A stretch of DNA of 64,000 nucleotides, taken from contig CM052817.1 in the NCBI GenBank assembly GCA_028534125.1, positions 54,252,001 through 54,316,000 of the forward strand. Direction: 5' to 3'. Source of the stretch: Lama glama (Eukaryota). Made by a program: the position numbers and the translations under genes. Below the pieces are notes generated by a model that saw only the letters and a program-made list of their open reading frames with translations, ran no database searches and was not told the DNA's origin. Positions within the stretch are counted from its first letter, which is position 1; each line of letters begins with the position of its first letter. Positions 27,843 to 41,399 of this stretch are shown one piece after another.

Positions 27843-28600
27843 TTTAATCACATGAAACATTTGTTTTCCAATATATGTTAAACATTGCATTTCTATCAAA
27901 AATGAGACAGGAATGTAACATAAAGGCGTAATGATTATTATCTCCAATTTGACTAAAATTCATTCTACAAAAATAAATCTTCTCGAAATACATTTTATCT
28001 TTAGTGATCAGCATCTCCAACTATTTTTTATTGTATCAATCTCTTAATAAATCCAATTGCTACGTGCTCTGAATTAGTCAACAATCTCATTTCTTACTTG
28101 GGATTCTTTTCAAGTTGATGATAAAAATTAACAGTAAAAATGGAGCTTTAAGTAGTTATCTTAACCCATATATTCAAAATCTAAGCTTACAAACAAAGAT
28201 CCAGTACTACAATTCAATCTATGTATTTTGTAAACAATTTTCAGTGAAAAAAAATCCTCTTCCATATGAATTAGCTTGAATTCTCTAAAGTCAGATTCTG
28301 TTAAAATGAAAATTATAAATTGCATAAATTTTTAAAATGCAAAAGCTGCTATAAAAATAATCATTTAAAATCTAATGAAAACAAAGCATCCACACGAGAA
28401 TTACAACAGACCTTTCAGTGTACTGCACAGACACGTGACATACTATTAAGCAAATATAATTAAGGACAAAGGAGTTGGACTTTTCTTTAATTTTTGGTAA
28501 CTTTAGTGGCACATATGGAGCATTTTGTTTCACTTCTGGTTTACTTTCTTTTAATCAAAGACCCCCACTGTAATGCCTTCACACAGGGCTCAGTGTTGTG

Positions 28601-28614
28601 GTTACCATGGAAAC
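28601..28614. promoter_or_regulatory. RFX X-box motif GTTACCATGGAAAC
   Basis: Close match to the palindromic X-box (GTTGCCATGGCAAC type) in repeat-free DNA; function is untested. Confidence 0.5.
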
Positions 28615-30301
28615 CATAATTCTGAATGTCCTAACTTGTGTGATTAAAATTTAACACAAAGTAACATTGATAGTCTCCCTCATTTCCACTACCACCAATA
28701 TCCAATTCTAATTAGTAGCACAATAACTGGTTTGGAAGGAATAAAGAGCTCTGACTACTATAGCCTCACATTGCCAGTAATTCACAGGGAATCTCATGGA
28801 CAATATATAGTGATGATTCTCTTCTACAAAATGCAAGGTTTAAACAGGAGTGATTTCTAGCCGACTCTCTAGTCTCCTCTACAAAATAAAGTATATCATT
28901 TTCCCTCTTTTTTATACTCTAAGAGTCTTTTTTAAATTCCATATTTATTTCACTTGACTGTTCGACTGGAGCAAAAGTTTTTTTTTATAATAATTGTATT
29001 CATTTCTATAATTATTACACTGCTTTCAACATGGAATCATCTCTTCTAGATATGTTAATCATTAAGATATCACATATGCAAAACCATCTTCTTTAACTGA
29101 GGTTTAAAAATTCAACTGGATCCTTCTTTTTTCTGTATTTTTTTTAATGAACACTCTAATAGAAGCTGATAAAATCTCAGTACTCTATTAAGGAAATATA
29201 TGCTCTCTTGCTAATTATTTTGATTTTCAGAAAATTATATTGTCTCAGGGGCACACTTGCACTGATCATGTGCCCTCTACTTATAACTCAACACCTCTGC
29301 TTATAACGAAGTACACATTTACTGCATTCGTCAACACAACAGTATAAATTTGGAAATTATAGCCTGTCATTCTGACTGAGCTTCTTGTCTACCTTATCAT
29401 ATAAAAGAGCAAACATGAATGACATTCCTTCCCACTTCCAAAATCCCAAAGAAAGAATTTAAGTTTGTAGAGCAAGAGGGAAGACTTTAAATATTAAACG
29501 TTTAGAGTCAGGAAGATACCTTGGTCAGAAAGTCCAATGCTCTCAAGTTTCAGGGTAGAAATTCAGGCCCAGGGAACTTCATTCCCACCTTTAACACGTC
29601 TAGTGACAGAACCAGTAGTGGTAGTTTTATGGACACATGTAGTATTTTATTCACTGTGAAGAGTGATATTGCTCTTATCTTTAGATACCTTTTTTCTACT
29701 TTCATTTACAAATTTAGATACCTTAAAAACATAAAGTTTATATAATATCTATGAAATAGATCTTGAAAATTAATGGAATTGGCCCAAAAGATGAAATAGG
29801 GATACATTAATATTTCTGTTATACATTATTGTCTAATATATGATTTCTATGATTTTTCATTTCATATGGAAAATACTCTCCTTTAGTCATAAAAACATAC
29901 TTTCAAAATCAATGCCAAATTAGTCAGCAATGTCCTTGACTAATTAATATTAATTCCTATTATGAAAAATATATAAAAAATCTATTCCTGAAAGTTTCAC
30001 ACAGTTCATTTAATGTTATTTGTCTATTAGTAACAATCTGACTACTAACTGAAGTAAGCAGTTTTCTCTTCAAATATGTTGACAGTTGAATGAATAATAA
30101 TTTCAGTGATGTCTAATTCTATGGACAGTTTCTATTTCCACATACTTTCTTCTTACAAGTAAGGGATTGTCCTGTCCTATAAATGGTCCATTCAGTACTT
30201 TTATTTCTAATTAGAATATGTGAATAAATTTAAGTAACTCTAGTATATGTTATTCTTTCCTTGCAGTAACAAAGAATAAAGGAGAGAAAAGGACTGAGGA
30301 C

Positions 30302-30329
<28 letters not shown>
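30302..30329. repeat. (TG)n microsatellite
   Basis: Directly visible. Confidence 0.95.
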
Positions 30330-30332
<3 letters not shown>

Positions 30333-33300
30333 GGGGGGCAGGGGTTAAGGAGACAGTTGTGGAAGGAGAAAAAGCACATGCCAAAGGGAAGAGGTGAAAA
30401 AGAAGAAGAGAGGATTCCTTTTTTAAAATGTTCTCTACATCAGATCTGATTTGCTTATTTAAATAAATATTGGATTTTGAAAGATCCTTTGAATATGTTA
30501 GTTCATTTCAGGAGTATAGCAAGGAAGTCAAACATATTTTTAAAAAAGTGTTCTATACCAGAGGCTCCATATATGGTGTTAGAGGACAAAGGTACAGAGA
30601 AAGCCATAAAGGTGGAATGGTCAGCAAACCTAGGAAAGCCAGGAAAAGCAGAAAATAAGATGTTATTTTACTATGTATTACTGAAATCGAGTGAGGTTGA
30701 TGGATAGAATTATCATGAATTAAACTTGCTAACCAAGTCCAGATGATGACTTTATGAAATTTCTTGCCATGTCTTAAGTATTAACAGATAAGAAAAAAGG
30801 TAAGGTAATTTATCTCAATTAAAAAAATATACTGTTCAAGCTGAACTGTGGTACCATTTACTGTCAATACATTTACCGAGACTAGTAATTCTCACCCCCT
30901 GATAGCTAATGAAGGGTCTGCTTATACAGATACTTTCAATCAATCAAAATCCAAAATTCAAAGCTAAAATCTCATATTTTGTATGGAATTTTAGAATTTC
31001 AAAGGTTGATTTCTTATTATTAAATGATATTTTATCACACTCATTTCAACTATTCCTTAATTTTAATTCTTAGACATTTCACAAAGGGCACTGACAAATT
31101 TTCAGGATTACAGTTTCAGTGAAACATTGTTGAATGAATTTTTTTCTCAAAGCAAAATAAAATACTTCAAAACTAATATCACTTTATTCATCATTCAGAA
31201 TCCAGCCTGATGGGTGTGATAAAGACTTCTAAAATAGTATGAAGAATGGTTCACTCCGGAACTTTCAACAGTTTCAGATTTACTTACTTCACAGTTCAAA
31301 ATACGGTTTGGTACTGCTCTCCAGTGACCGATTTATTACTGACCTATTCTGTTTCTAAAACTATACACTCAAACCATCTTCAGAGTAAAATACAGAGAAG
31401 TAGAATCTTTAAGCTTTATAATTTCTTCTTTGAAGAAATGATTCTTAAGAGATAAGAGATTCGACATACCCCTCTGGAACCTGAAAAGACCAGTTACTGT
31501 TTTCAAAATTTTGACTGGAGATTAGCAACTCCTGCAGTTATTCAAATTTTCCCAAGATAGATACTCACACATAGCACTTAGAAAATATAAGGAACAGAAA
31601 AGGACTAGTCTCAACCAGCATCTTAGAAACACTGGTGCAAAAGAAGGAGGAAGACTTGGTGAGGAAACAGACAACTCTGCTAACCTGGAATTGAGAGGCA
31701 GAAAGATGCTGTGAAATACACGATTCCCTGCGGGATTAAGGTGGTCCCTGAAGGAGTTAAAAAGCAAAACCTCCAAAGATCACACACATACTTTCATATT
31801 TTCATATCCCTGCATTTGCTCCATTTCCCTTTTAAGTATGTTTTTGACTATTTGTTTTTTACTGCTGATCAGACCACAGACACGAAAGGTCACTCTGCTT
31901 CTGTCACATCTGTTCTGCTCCTTAATTTCTTTAGCAAAATTATTTTAAATTCAGAAAGTTCCACGAGAATAACAAGAAGGAAAAATTGTTACAGGGGAAA
32001 AAAGCAGAGGCTATATTAATATGCAAGAAAGAAAAAGTTTGTTGTGTAAAAATCCTAACTTTCTATAATTTTGTAATCATTACTAAATGATGATGTAATG
32101 ATTTGATAACATTTTTATATGACTGAACTCCTAGAAACTGCATTAATATTGTTGTTACATATTATTTCACAGTTTTAACAGGTTTAATTTATAGGAAACT
32201 GATTATGAAATGTAAAACGTTATTCTACTAAATCAAATTTCCATTCCTCTCAGTGGTTAAGTCAATAATCTCTTCCTTACTAGGTCAATGAAATATTAAA
32301 CAAAGTACATGAAAATATGTTTAAAAGGACCTGGGACATCACAGACACTCAAGAGTTGTGAATCTGAATGTGAGAAATATCAAAAACCCCAGTCAAAGCC
32401 CTGTACAATACAAGTTATTGGTGTCAATTAATAAACTAATTTATTAGCTGGAAAACACATAGATTTATAATAACCAGAATATACATCAATATAACAATAA
32501 ATATTTTCCTCCTAGATGAGTTAAACTTTGATGTGACAGAAAAAGGCAGTGGCTGGGAAAGCCAAAAGAATGCTGGTTAATCTTCATTCGTATTTTTACT
32601 ATACAGTATCTTATCAGAAATTAAAATCCTTCAAATATTAAAATACTCAAGAACTCAGTTCAAATGAGTCAAGATGGCAATAGCAAATTTCCAGTATAAG
32701 TCAAAATAAGAATCTCTCCTTCCAGAGTAGCATAATAAAAATACTGTCATGTAACTTGATATATGTGCATTCTTTTAAGTTTAAAAGTATCCAATTTTGG
32801 TTGATCCATGGCACTATCAAAGAGAGTAAAAAATGCTTTTTTTTTTTTTACTTTAAAGACTTTATCATCACTAATGGCAGAATGGGCCAGCATTATAATT
32901 GAGTTTGCATTCTAAATATATTAAAGATGAATATACATAATGAGGAACAAATCTAATGTTACTTCATTAATTTAAACTTTGTTAGAAGTTTACTTTCTGC
33001 TATAGCTAAAGTTAAAAGAACTTTGTCACTGGATCTCAAAACCTACAGGAAATGTGTCAGGCATCTGAGTGAAAGGCATAATGTAAGTAGCACTTCACAA
33101 TAAATCCTTTCCCTCTTTAGCTAACATTGGCTACAGTAAATGCAATTTGGAAATGATCCCAATTCAGATTTGGTCTTCAACTGATGGTGAATAGTTTGGT
33201 GGAGATTCCATTAGCTCATTATTCCTTGTTTGTCTGTTAATAGCAAAAGATGCCCCATCAGAAGATGGGATAAAAAGGCAATTAGTGTTACTCTTTCTAA

Positions 33301-34929
33301 AATAACAGTTGAGCTACCCACCTCCATACCAGTATCAAAGTTTTGCAAACTGTTTTATATTAAATTTATTTCTTAGCATTATATTGAAGTCCATGCCAGT
33401 TCAAATATTTTTAGCTATCTTATCATACATCTTATCTATAACAAATGGACAGCAATTGGCTATTTTTTAAATGAAAGCTTTAATTTGCTGTGATATTTTG
33501 CTTAGTGGATTTAATAACCTATTATAACCCTCATATTTTTATTATATTTATTGTATAGGATTAACCTAATGGTATGTTTTAACTGCAGCTTGGAAACAGT
33601 TCAGTTGAGATAGAAAGCACCTGAAATAACAGTACAGTAAGGCAAAGTTGTTAGAAATGATCTGTATAGCCTTTTGCTCAGGGATAACTTTTCAGAAGCT
33701 ATATTTACAGCAAAAGTTTTCTAATATACTTTGTTCTTTTCCTATTAGCAATGCTTTTTAAAGGTAGTATCAGAGGGAATTATTGCTACAGTGTTTCCTG
33801 ATACAGGTATAATGATAAGAAGCATTCACTTTCTTTGGATATTTACATATGCCCAGGATAAATATCAAACTCCCATTTTCAACTGCTTATCACTAGATAT
33901 CCATAAAAATGATAATACAAAAATTTTGTTAATTCAGTATATTTAATCAAGGATGAAACTAAATTGAAATGAAAAAAGTCTATTAAAAACTTCATTTGTG
34001 GAGTATATAATAACATCAAAGATTTCTTCACTCATGGCTGAGAACAGAGACACAATATAACGAAAAGTGTTTATCTACAAAATTCAGTTTTCTCATTCAA
34101 ACTGACAATGGAGAGTTTACATGATTATATATGCATTACCACCAAGTTTTACAAAAATCTAGCCATTTACAATTTTTGGCAACAAAGCCAGCAAACAACT
34201 GCTTGCTTCCATTAAACTTGTAAGAAGCAATTTGAGAAGCTACTCCCCAGGAATTAAATTTTGTGGATAAACATTTTAGCTAATTGCATTATTGTTCTCA
34301 GAACACTGAAGGCAGCACTAAGCCAAACCCAGAAATCCAATTTCTTTATTTCATTTTTTCTCTAAAGCAATTAAATTCACTTCCACTGACACATCTTAGG
34401 ACTCAAGAAAAAATGCATATAATGTATACTAGATTGATTAGAAAGTTATAAAAGAAACTTTGAGTGTAAAATGTATGTTTTAAAGAAGAAAAAACCATAG
34501 TCCTCCTGAGCTAAATAAGTTCTAAAGGTATATATTTAAAAGGCTTACGTAAAAATTCAGCAGAGGGAGTTCAGCATTTGAAATTTCATCAGTGCTCAAG
34601 AGTACTGGTTTTTGCAAAAAGTATACAGAATCGGTCTGGCTATTCCATGATTTTTATCTGACAGTTGTTTCCTACCTTTAACGCAGCTCTCACACTTTCA
34701 AGAAATGCTGTTCTTTAAACATCACAGTAATACCTGCACAATTAGATTTATCCGAAATACATAACAATATTAAAAGGGACTTTAAATGTTCTTAAATTTC
34801 CTCAAGTACCTTTACCTAATACTCTATCACCCAGGGAAATTATATGCCCCCAGAACAGGATATTCACTAATGAATACTCAGAATATCCATTCTCTTAGAA
34901 TATCCATTCTCTGTTCTCCAGTATTAAAA

Positions 34930-35160
34930 TCCTTTTCATATACTACCAATTCTGCACAGCTTGCGTAAGGCTTTTTATTTAGAATTAATTACTCCGTTCT
35001 TCTAATGTTTCTTTTATAGTATTTAGCACATTATAACATAGCTAGTTTTACATGTTTCTGTGTCCCCAACAAGACCTGTGATTTTCTGGAGGTCAGGGCA
35101 CCATCACTCCAGAACATAACAGCGGTCTTTTGTGCACCAGAAACTAATAAAATAGGTATT
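34930..35160 (+). mobile_element. L2 3' fragment
   Basis: catgtttctgtgtccccaacaagacctgtgattttctggaggtcagggc. Confidence 0.55.
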
Positions 35161-35814
35161 AAAAACATAATTTTTTAAAAATAAATTAAAATTGTTTCAA
35201 TCTTTAGTCCTCTTCAAGATTTATGATGACATTCTTTAGCATTTGAAATGTGTTACTAATGGAGAAATAGTTATTCTGCATTAAGCCAATGTATCCAAAG
35301 ATGATACTTTCAAAGCCTCTTCTCACGATTATGATTATTCTCATTATTAAAATTATTTAGAAAAATCATATTTACTCTGAAAAAAATTGAGAGTTTATTA
35401 TAACCCTTTGTTTCAGAATTAAGGTGAGAAGTTAATCCAACACATTTTAATTGATATCAGGAATTCTGAAAAAATTAAAAATATAATTTTCAGTAAAGAC
35501 ACATAATACTAAAAATGGGGATATGAATTTATACTTACTCTTCTCATATAAATACTTAATATGAAACAAAATCTAAGAATTCTTTTAATTATTAAAATTT
35601 TGAGAAATAGCAGAGTAATTCATGATCCCATAATAGTCAAGTTTTCTGAAAATTTAGTGGATTTCTTCCAAAGATCAAAACTGTTTTTCAAAGTTACATG
35701 TATTTTTTAAGTCTTTTAAAATGTATTGTATATACCCTTGCCTTCTGACAAAGTATATTAAATACATGCAAACTGCCTTTTTCTTCTCAGTGACCCAAGA
35801 TCACAACAGAATTG

Positions 35815-36010
35815 CAGCATCTTATTTTTTTAAGAGTAAGAAGGCCCTTTATGGATAATCTAGTACTATCCTCACTAATTGGACAAATGAGAATACTACA
35901 ATCCAGAGAGATTATTTGATGTGCCCTAAATCTCACAGCAAGTTAACAGCAAGGCCAGGCCTAGAGGGAAGGTAACCTGATCTAGAGTTGTTCCTAATCA
36001 GAACCACATT
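35815..36010 (-). mobile_element. MIR3-like SINE
   Basis: gataatctagtac...acaaatgagaatact...ccagagag...cacagcaagttaacagcaaggccaggcctaga. Confidence 0.65.
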
Positions 36011-36679
36011 TGTAAAATATGTATAATTCAAAAGCTCTTAGACACGTAAGGAAACTTCGCTCTGACATAAAACAGATCCAGACTGCTATACTTACTAAAT
36101 TGTTTATGATGCCTTTCCATGTTCATTTGGGCCCCAGTCTTAATATGAAATGTAAGATCCGTATTTAGTTTTTAGTATTTCTACTCTTATAATTTGCTGA
36201 TTTTAATCTGCTGGTCTTGAATGCTAGATGATCCAATCTGTTAGAACATACTATAAACGATTTTCCTCAATAAAGGTCTTTTCTATGTAAAAAGTGGTTT
36301 AGTTAGATAAAACAGCTAATATCGTATTCGATGCAGAAACAGTTAGGCTGTGGTTCCTGTGGTTAGTTGTTTGGGAATCATTTACTAAAGGAAATAAGGC
36401 ACACTTTCAAAGATAAGCAAAAAATATCTCAGACGGAAAATTCATGAGAGCAGCATTTTCCACTTGGATGATGTAATTTTTTTCTACTTAAATTCAGAGA
36501 CTAATAAAAGCAGTTCTTGTCATAGTTAAGAAAGTGTTAAAAAATTAACACCTTAACCTAGCACTTGAAGAATTAAACTTTCTGTACAACATAAATTTAT
36601 ACAGTAACAATGTCACTTAAAATATAAATAAGATAGAAACAGGAAATACAGCTAGAAATATAAAACAGAGACAATAAAA

Positions 36680-37420
36680 AAATAATATATACATTTACCA
36701 TGACCCAGAAATCCAACTCTCAGGTATTTACTCTGGAGAAATAAAAATTTATTCAAATAAACAGACACACACACACACACACACACAAGTGCGCAAATAC
36801 ACACACCCTGCATAAGAATGTTTAAAACAACTTTATTTTCACTAAAAATTAGAAACAACCCAAATGTCTTCAACAACTGGATGGATAAATGACTGTGAGT
36901 CATCCATACAACGGGATATTGCCCAGTAACAAAGAATGAGTGAATTACTGATATACTCAAAAACAAAGATGGATCCCATAATCCTCATTACAATGAGTGA
37001 AAGGAGTCAGTTTCAGAAGGCTACTTATTGTACAATTCATTTATATGATGCTCTAAAAAAATCTTAAAATACAGAAATGCAGAACAGAATAGTGGTGGCT
37101 AGGGGTTAGGGACACAAGCAGAAAATGACTACCAAAGGGCAGCATGAGGGAATTTTTAGATGATAAAATCTTTTCGTATCCTACATGTAGTGATAAAAAC
37201 ACAATTCTATACAAGTCTTAAATCTCAGAGTTGCATACCAAAAACAAAACAAATGCTGTAAGCATAGATAGACAGTCAGATATACAGACAGATATACAGA
37301 CTGAAAAATAAAAGTCATGGTTGCATGGGTATACACATTTGATAAAATTCCTCAAGTATTTACAATGGGTAATTTTAAACATTTTAAAATTTTAAATGTG
37401 TATACTCAATTAAAAAAGTA
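36680..37420 (+). mobile_element. Old L1 (L1MC/ME-like) ORF2 end and 3'UTR
   Basis: accatgacccagaaatccaactctcaggtatttac, gaaacaacccaaatgtcttcaac, atccatacaacgggatatt; includes a (CA)n run at about 36765. Confidence 0.8.
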
Positions 37421-38369
37421 TGACCAATCCCTCTCCTGCAAAAAACAGATAAAATCAATAGTCAATAATGAACTATTTTTAGTTTTCAGCTATGGCACAA
37501 ACTTCAATCTATGAATATTTATGGTCTGCAGCAGATCTCTCTATATTCAACAGATCATCCTTGAGTCTGGCAGAAAGGAGCAGTCTTTTTTGAACCGTCA
37601 TAGTATTTTCAATGCTGTAAATTAGAGGCAGCACTGGATAGTTGAAAATAAAGAAGATCTGGTCAAGAACAAGGATCAGGACACAGGATTCTGTCCAGGG
37701 CACTGCTAGTTCAGGTTTATCCATAAAAATAAGAAATAATGGAAAGTGAATATCCAATCATCTTAGAGGTTTGACTAGGGTAGCACACTTTCCACAATAT
37801 GTCCAAATTATTATTATTACGTCGGGAAAACACTGCATATCCATTCACAGTTTATTCTCAACTCATCTTTTTGCTTCACGTTTAATGTACTGAGTTAAGA
37901 AACATGTTCAGGTATTTTCAAGATGGGAGAAACTAAAGTCTGGTTGTTTTCCAATATTACAGTGGTCACTATCTTGTCTGACAAAGCACCAAGAGACATT
38001 GGTGTTTAAAATAGGCAGGGATGTACTGCAAAAAATGACAGGTGATGAAGGGTAAACTTTTCCTCTGATAATGTCTGTCCTTTTGCACAATTTATGTATA
38101 ATTATTTTGAACGCTCGAAGATTTAAAAAAATTTTTTTTTTTACTTTAGTTTTAGTTACTCAGCACTGTTCTGAAATTAGGGTGATGGGTGAGGTAAATG
38201 GTCATGACATGCTACTACACACGGTAATTGAAATTGGTAACAATAATCAAAGAAAAAGATATTTTAATTGAAAACTATTTTCTGCCTTACATATATTTTA
38301 ATACAACACTCCCTACATGGCAAGCTTTCATTAAACATTTAAAATATAACATGAGAAAATGATTAGAAG

Positions 38370-38790
38370 AAGAAGGTGAGTGTTCAGGTAAATTTGACAC
38401 CTTATGAAAGTGAAACCTTTTGGAAAGACATTTTAACAACGTATATTAAAAGCTTTACAGTCATAAACTTAAACCCAATAATTCCACCACTAAAAATCTA
38501 TCCAAGGAAATAATCGCTTATGTGCCAAAATATATATTGATCTCAGTAGTATTTACGATAAGTAAAATACAGTAGAATGTTAGTAAGAATATGCCCATAT
38601 ATGAAGCTATGAATATTTATGTGTATTTATTTATTTAAACAGATAACTAAGAATTTACACTGAAACATTAACCATGGCTTTCTCTGTGTGTAGGGTTATG
38701 AATAATATTAATATTCTAACTGTGTAATATTTCTAAATTTTCTATAATGAGCGAGTATACATTGATTTTATAATATAAAATCTAATAAAT
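38370..38790 (+). mobile_element. L1ME-like 3' remnant
   Basis: acccaataattccaccactaaaaatctatccaaggaaataa. Confidence 0.55.
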
Positions 38791-39039
38791 ATTTAAATGA
38801 CTAAACTCTAAATTTTTGGTATTTTTACACACAAAAAGTTTAACCAAAAATGAGAGAAAAGCTATATACAAAAAAAAAAACTATTGATCCAAGGATATTC
38901 AGTAACTGGTTATACCTTTTTTAGCCATTGTACAAATCTATTAAAGTAGGCTGCATTTTTGTTTTGGTGAAGTAAGTATTATTGTTGTTTTGTATATTCT
39001 CTACTTGTTATTCCTGTTTCACAGCCCATTCTGTGGTTT

Positions 39040-39310
39040 AAATCGTGGCTGACAACTTTTGCTTTGCAAAACTGACTGGCAGCTATCAATTCAAATGCCA
39101 GACTTATCTTTATGCAAATTTGCAAAGGTCACCATTTATGCATGTAAATTCCGAAGGGCACTAACTATACAGCTGACAGATTCTGACAGCCACTGTATCT
39201 CCAAGAATGGAATAAGCAGGGATGACTGTCTGAATAATGAATGTGCTTTTTACTCTGCCTATGGCCAGTTTTTACATCCCACACTTTCTGACTGTGGTTT
39301 TGAAATTAAT
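39040..39310. promoter_or_regulatory. Candidate enhancer (octamer, NBRE, MEIS and E-box cluster)
   Basis: ATGCAAAT (39112-39119), AAAGGTCA (39124-39131), CAGCTG and two TGACAG motifs at about 39170-39190, all in repeat-free sequence. Confidence 0.4.
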
Positions 39311-39619
39311 TAGAAAAAATAATTCGGAACAAAACCAAAATATTTTTTCTTAATTTCTATAAACAAATGGGTAAAGAAGTGAGACAATTAATGACCTTCA
39401 GTTTAAGGTGTTGTATTTGTACAGATCATTCCTACATAGAGATAAAAATTAACACCCGACTTTGGAAGTTATTTCTGCAAAAAAAAATCCTTATTATTTC
39501 CGTAAAAACATTAATTATTATTCCGTATAAAAACACACACAAATAACCCTGCTCCCCAACTACCCAGGGCTCAGTGCATGGTGCCACCACCCAAGGGGTT
39601 GCCAGTTTCAAGCCCGAGA

Positions 39620-39870
39620 CTTGTGCCACTGTGACTTGAACTCTCACTATTCAAATACAATCAGTCACTAAGATGTGTCAATTTTTCCTTTAAATGCTAT
39701 CTCAAATGTGTTATTAACACGCAATCCCCAGTGTTGTTGCTTTAAACCAGACCTTTATTATACCTCACCTGAGTTATTGTAAATATTTCCCACATAATCC
39801 TCCTGCCTCTGGTCACACAGTCATCCACACTGTCTGCCTCCAGAGTAACATTCTAATGTCCAAATCCATA
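39620..39870 (+). mobile_element. L2 fragment
   Basis: caatcagtcactaag...cctcacctgagttattg...cctgcctctgg...ccacactg. Confidence 0.6.
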
Positions 39871-39959
39871 AACAGGGCCAGTGGTACAATAAAAAAGACA
39901 CATAAAATTAGAAATTAAAAGGATGCTCTAAAGAGAAAAAAATTAGAATATGTTAACTG

Positions 39960-40480
39960 ATGGAATGAGACAATAAACAGAATTGTATATAATGTGGTAT
40001 TATGTGATCCAGAGAAAAATAAAGCAGGAGAGGAGGAAAGAGGGTGCCCGTAGGCAGTTCAGTTTCAAGCAGGTTGTTCAAGGAAGGCTACCATGCAAAG
40101 AGGGTATTTGAAGGCTGGGATATAAGCCATGGGAGTAACTAGGGGAGTGTGATTGGCGGAAGGACCACTGGCTAAGGTTCCAGTGGAGAGAGGCCTCCTG
40201 TGTTCAGCAAATGGCAATGAAGCCAGGGCAGCTGGAGTGCACAGGAGGCTGAAGATAAAACAGAGCTCTGAGTGCTGCACAGTGAAAACAGTGGAGCAGG
40301 GAAAAAGGAGACTTGTAATGGTCCAGCCAAGAGGGGACTGTGATTTGGACCGAGGGAGGAGACGAGGAGGTGCTCAGTAGTCAGAGAGATTGTGCTGACA
40401 AATATGCAAAGGATGAGAAAGAAAAGTCAAAATTCACTCCAAGCATTTGTGCCTAAGGAATTCGAAGAATGGAGCCATTA
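39960..40480 (-). mobile_element. L2a fragment
   Basis: gagaaaaataaagcagg...gcaatgaagccagggcagctggagtg...gtccagccaagag, the reverse complement of L2a. Confidence 0.8.
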
Positions 40481-40764
40481 ACCAAAACTTGTGTGAGCAT
40501 GATGTTTCTGAATTGGCTTTATTATTTTGAAAATTTTGATTTCATGCTTTGTGGTTGAATCTATTCTAAGAGGTCATTTACTGTGGAAAATATATCTTCT
40601 CCAATATATCTTTCTTTCAAAGTTCAAGAAACTATAATTTACTGTAAAAACACTAAGTGTTTATAAGTGCTTAGATAAATCTAGCTCTATACTAAATGAC
40701 ATGTGGTAGAGCATTTTGTTAAACCCCTTATTTCTAGGAAGGAAAATGAAGCAGAGAGTATAAG

Positions 40765-41271
40765 TGCCAACTAGAAATTGACACTTGCCATCTGCCTCTA
40801 TAAGGACTGGATCATGCTGGCACTTGCCACCTACCTCATCTTGGATTAAATCACGATCCACTGCAGCCACTGACCTCCAACACTCCCTGAAAGAAGTTCA
40901 GGGTGGAGATAGGAAATGAGGCCCTCTGTGCTCTAGGAAAACTGGCTGAACAGGCCTTCAGATAGTTAGGTATTTTCAGGGGAAGATTTTATGATCCCAA
41001 ATTCTTGCATCTCCTTATATCTAGAAAAACACTAAAAGCATTAACAGTGACACCTGCTCCTCGTGACCAGCAGCAAGCCTCTGTCTAAATGTGTGCTTGA
41101 CTGCATGTTTCCCCTTCACTAACATCATGTATATACTGAGCTCCCCCCAACTCTTCAGAGCAGTTCCTCAGGCCTATCTGAGATGCTGTCTCCTGGGCTA
41201 CAGTCCTCATTTTGCCTCAAATAAAACTTAACCCACAACTCTCACTTCGTGTGATTTTATTTCAGTCTACA
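40765..41271 (+). mobile_element. ERV1-type solo LTR (cetartiodactyl-like), 507 bp
   Basis: TG...CA termini (tgccaac...gtctaca) flanked by a perfect 4-bp TSD, TAAG (40761-40764, 41272-41275); TATA-like gtatatac at about 41128 and AATAAA at about 41220. Confidence 0.9.
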
Positions 41272-41399
41272 TAAGTTACACTTAGAAGATCATACAGAGA
41301 ATTTGTCTTCAAAACTTGACCTCTTTAATCTGCTTCTTCCTCTCAGGTGTTTGTTGTATTTATTTTGGGAGGTATTTTATTGTCAAAGAAAAATCTAGA

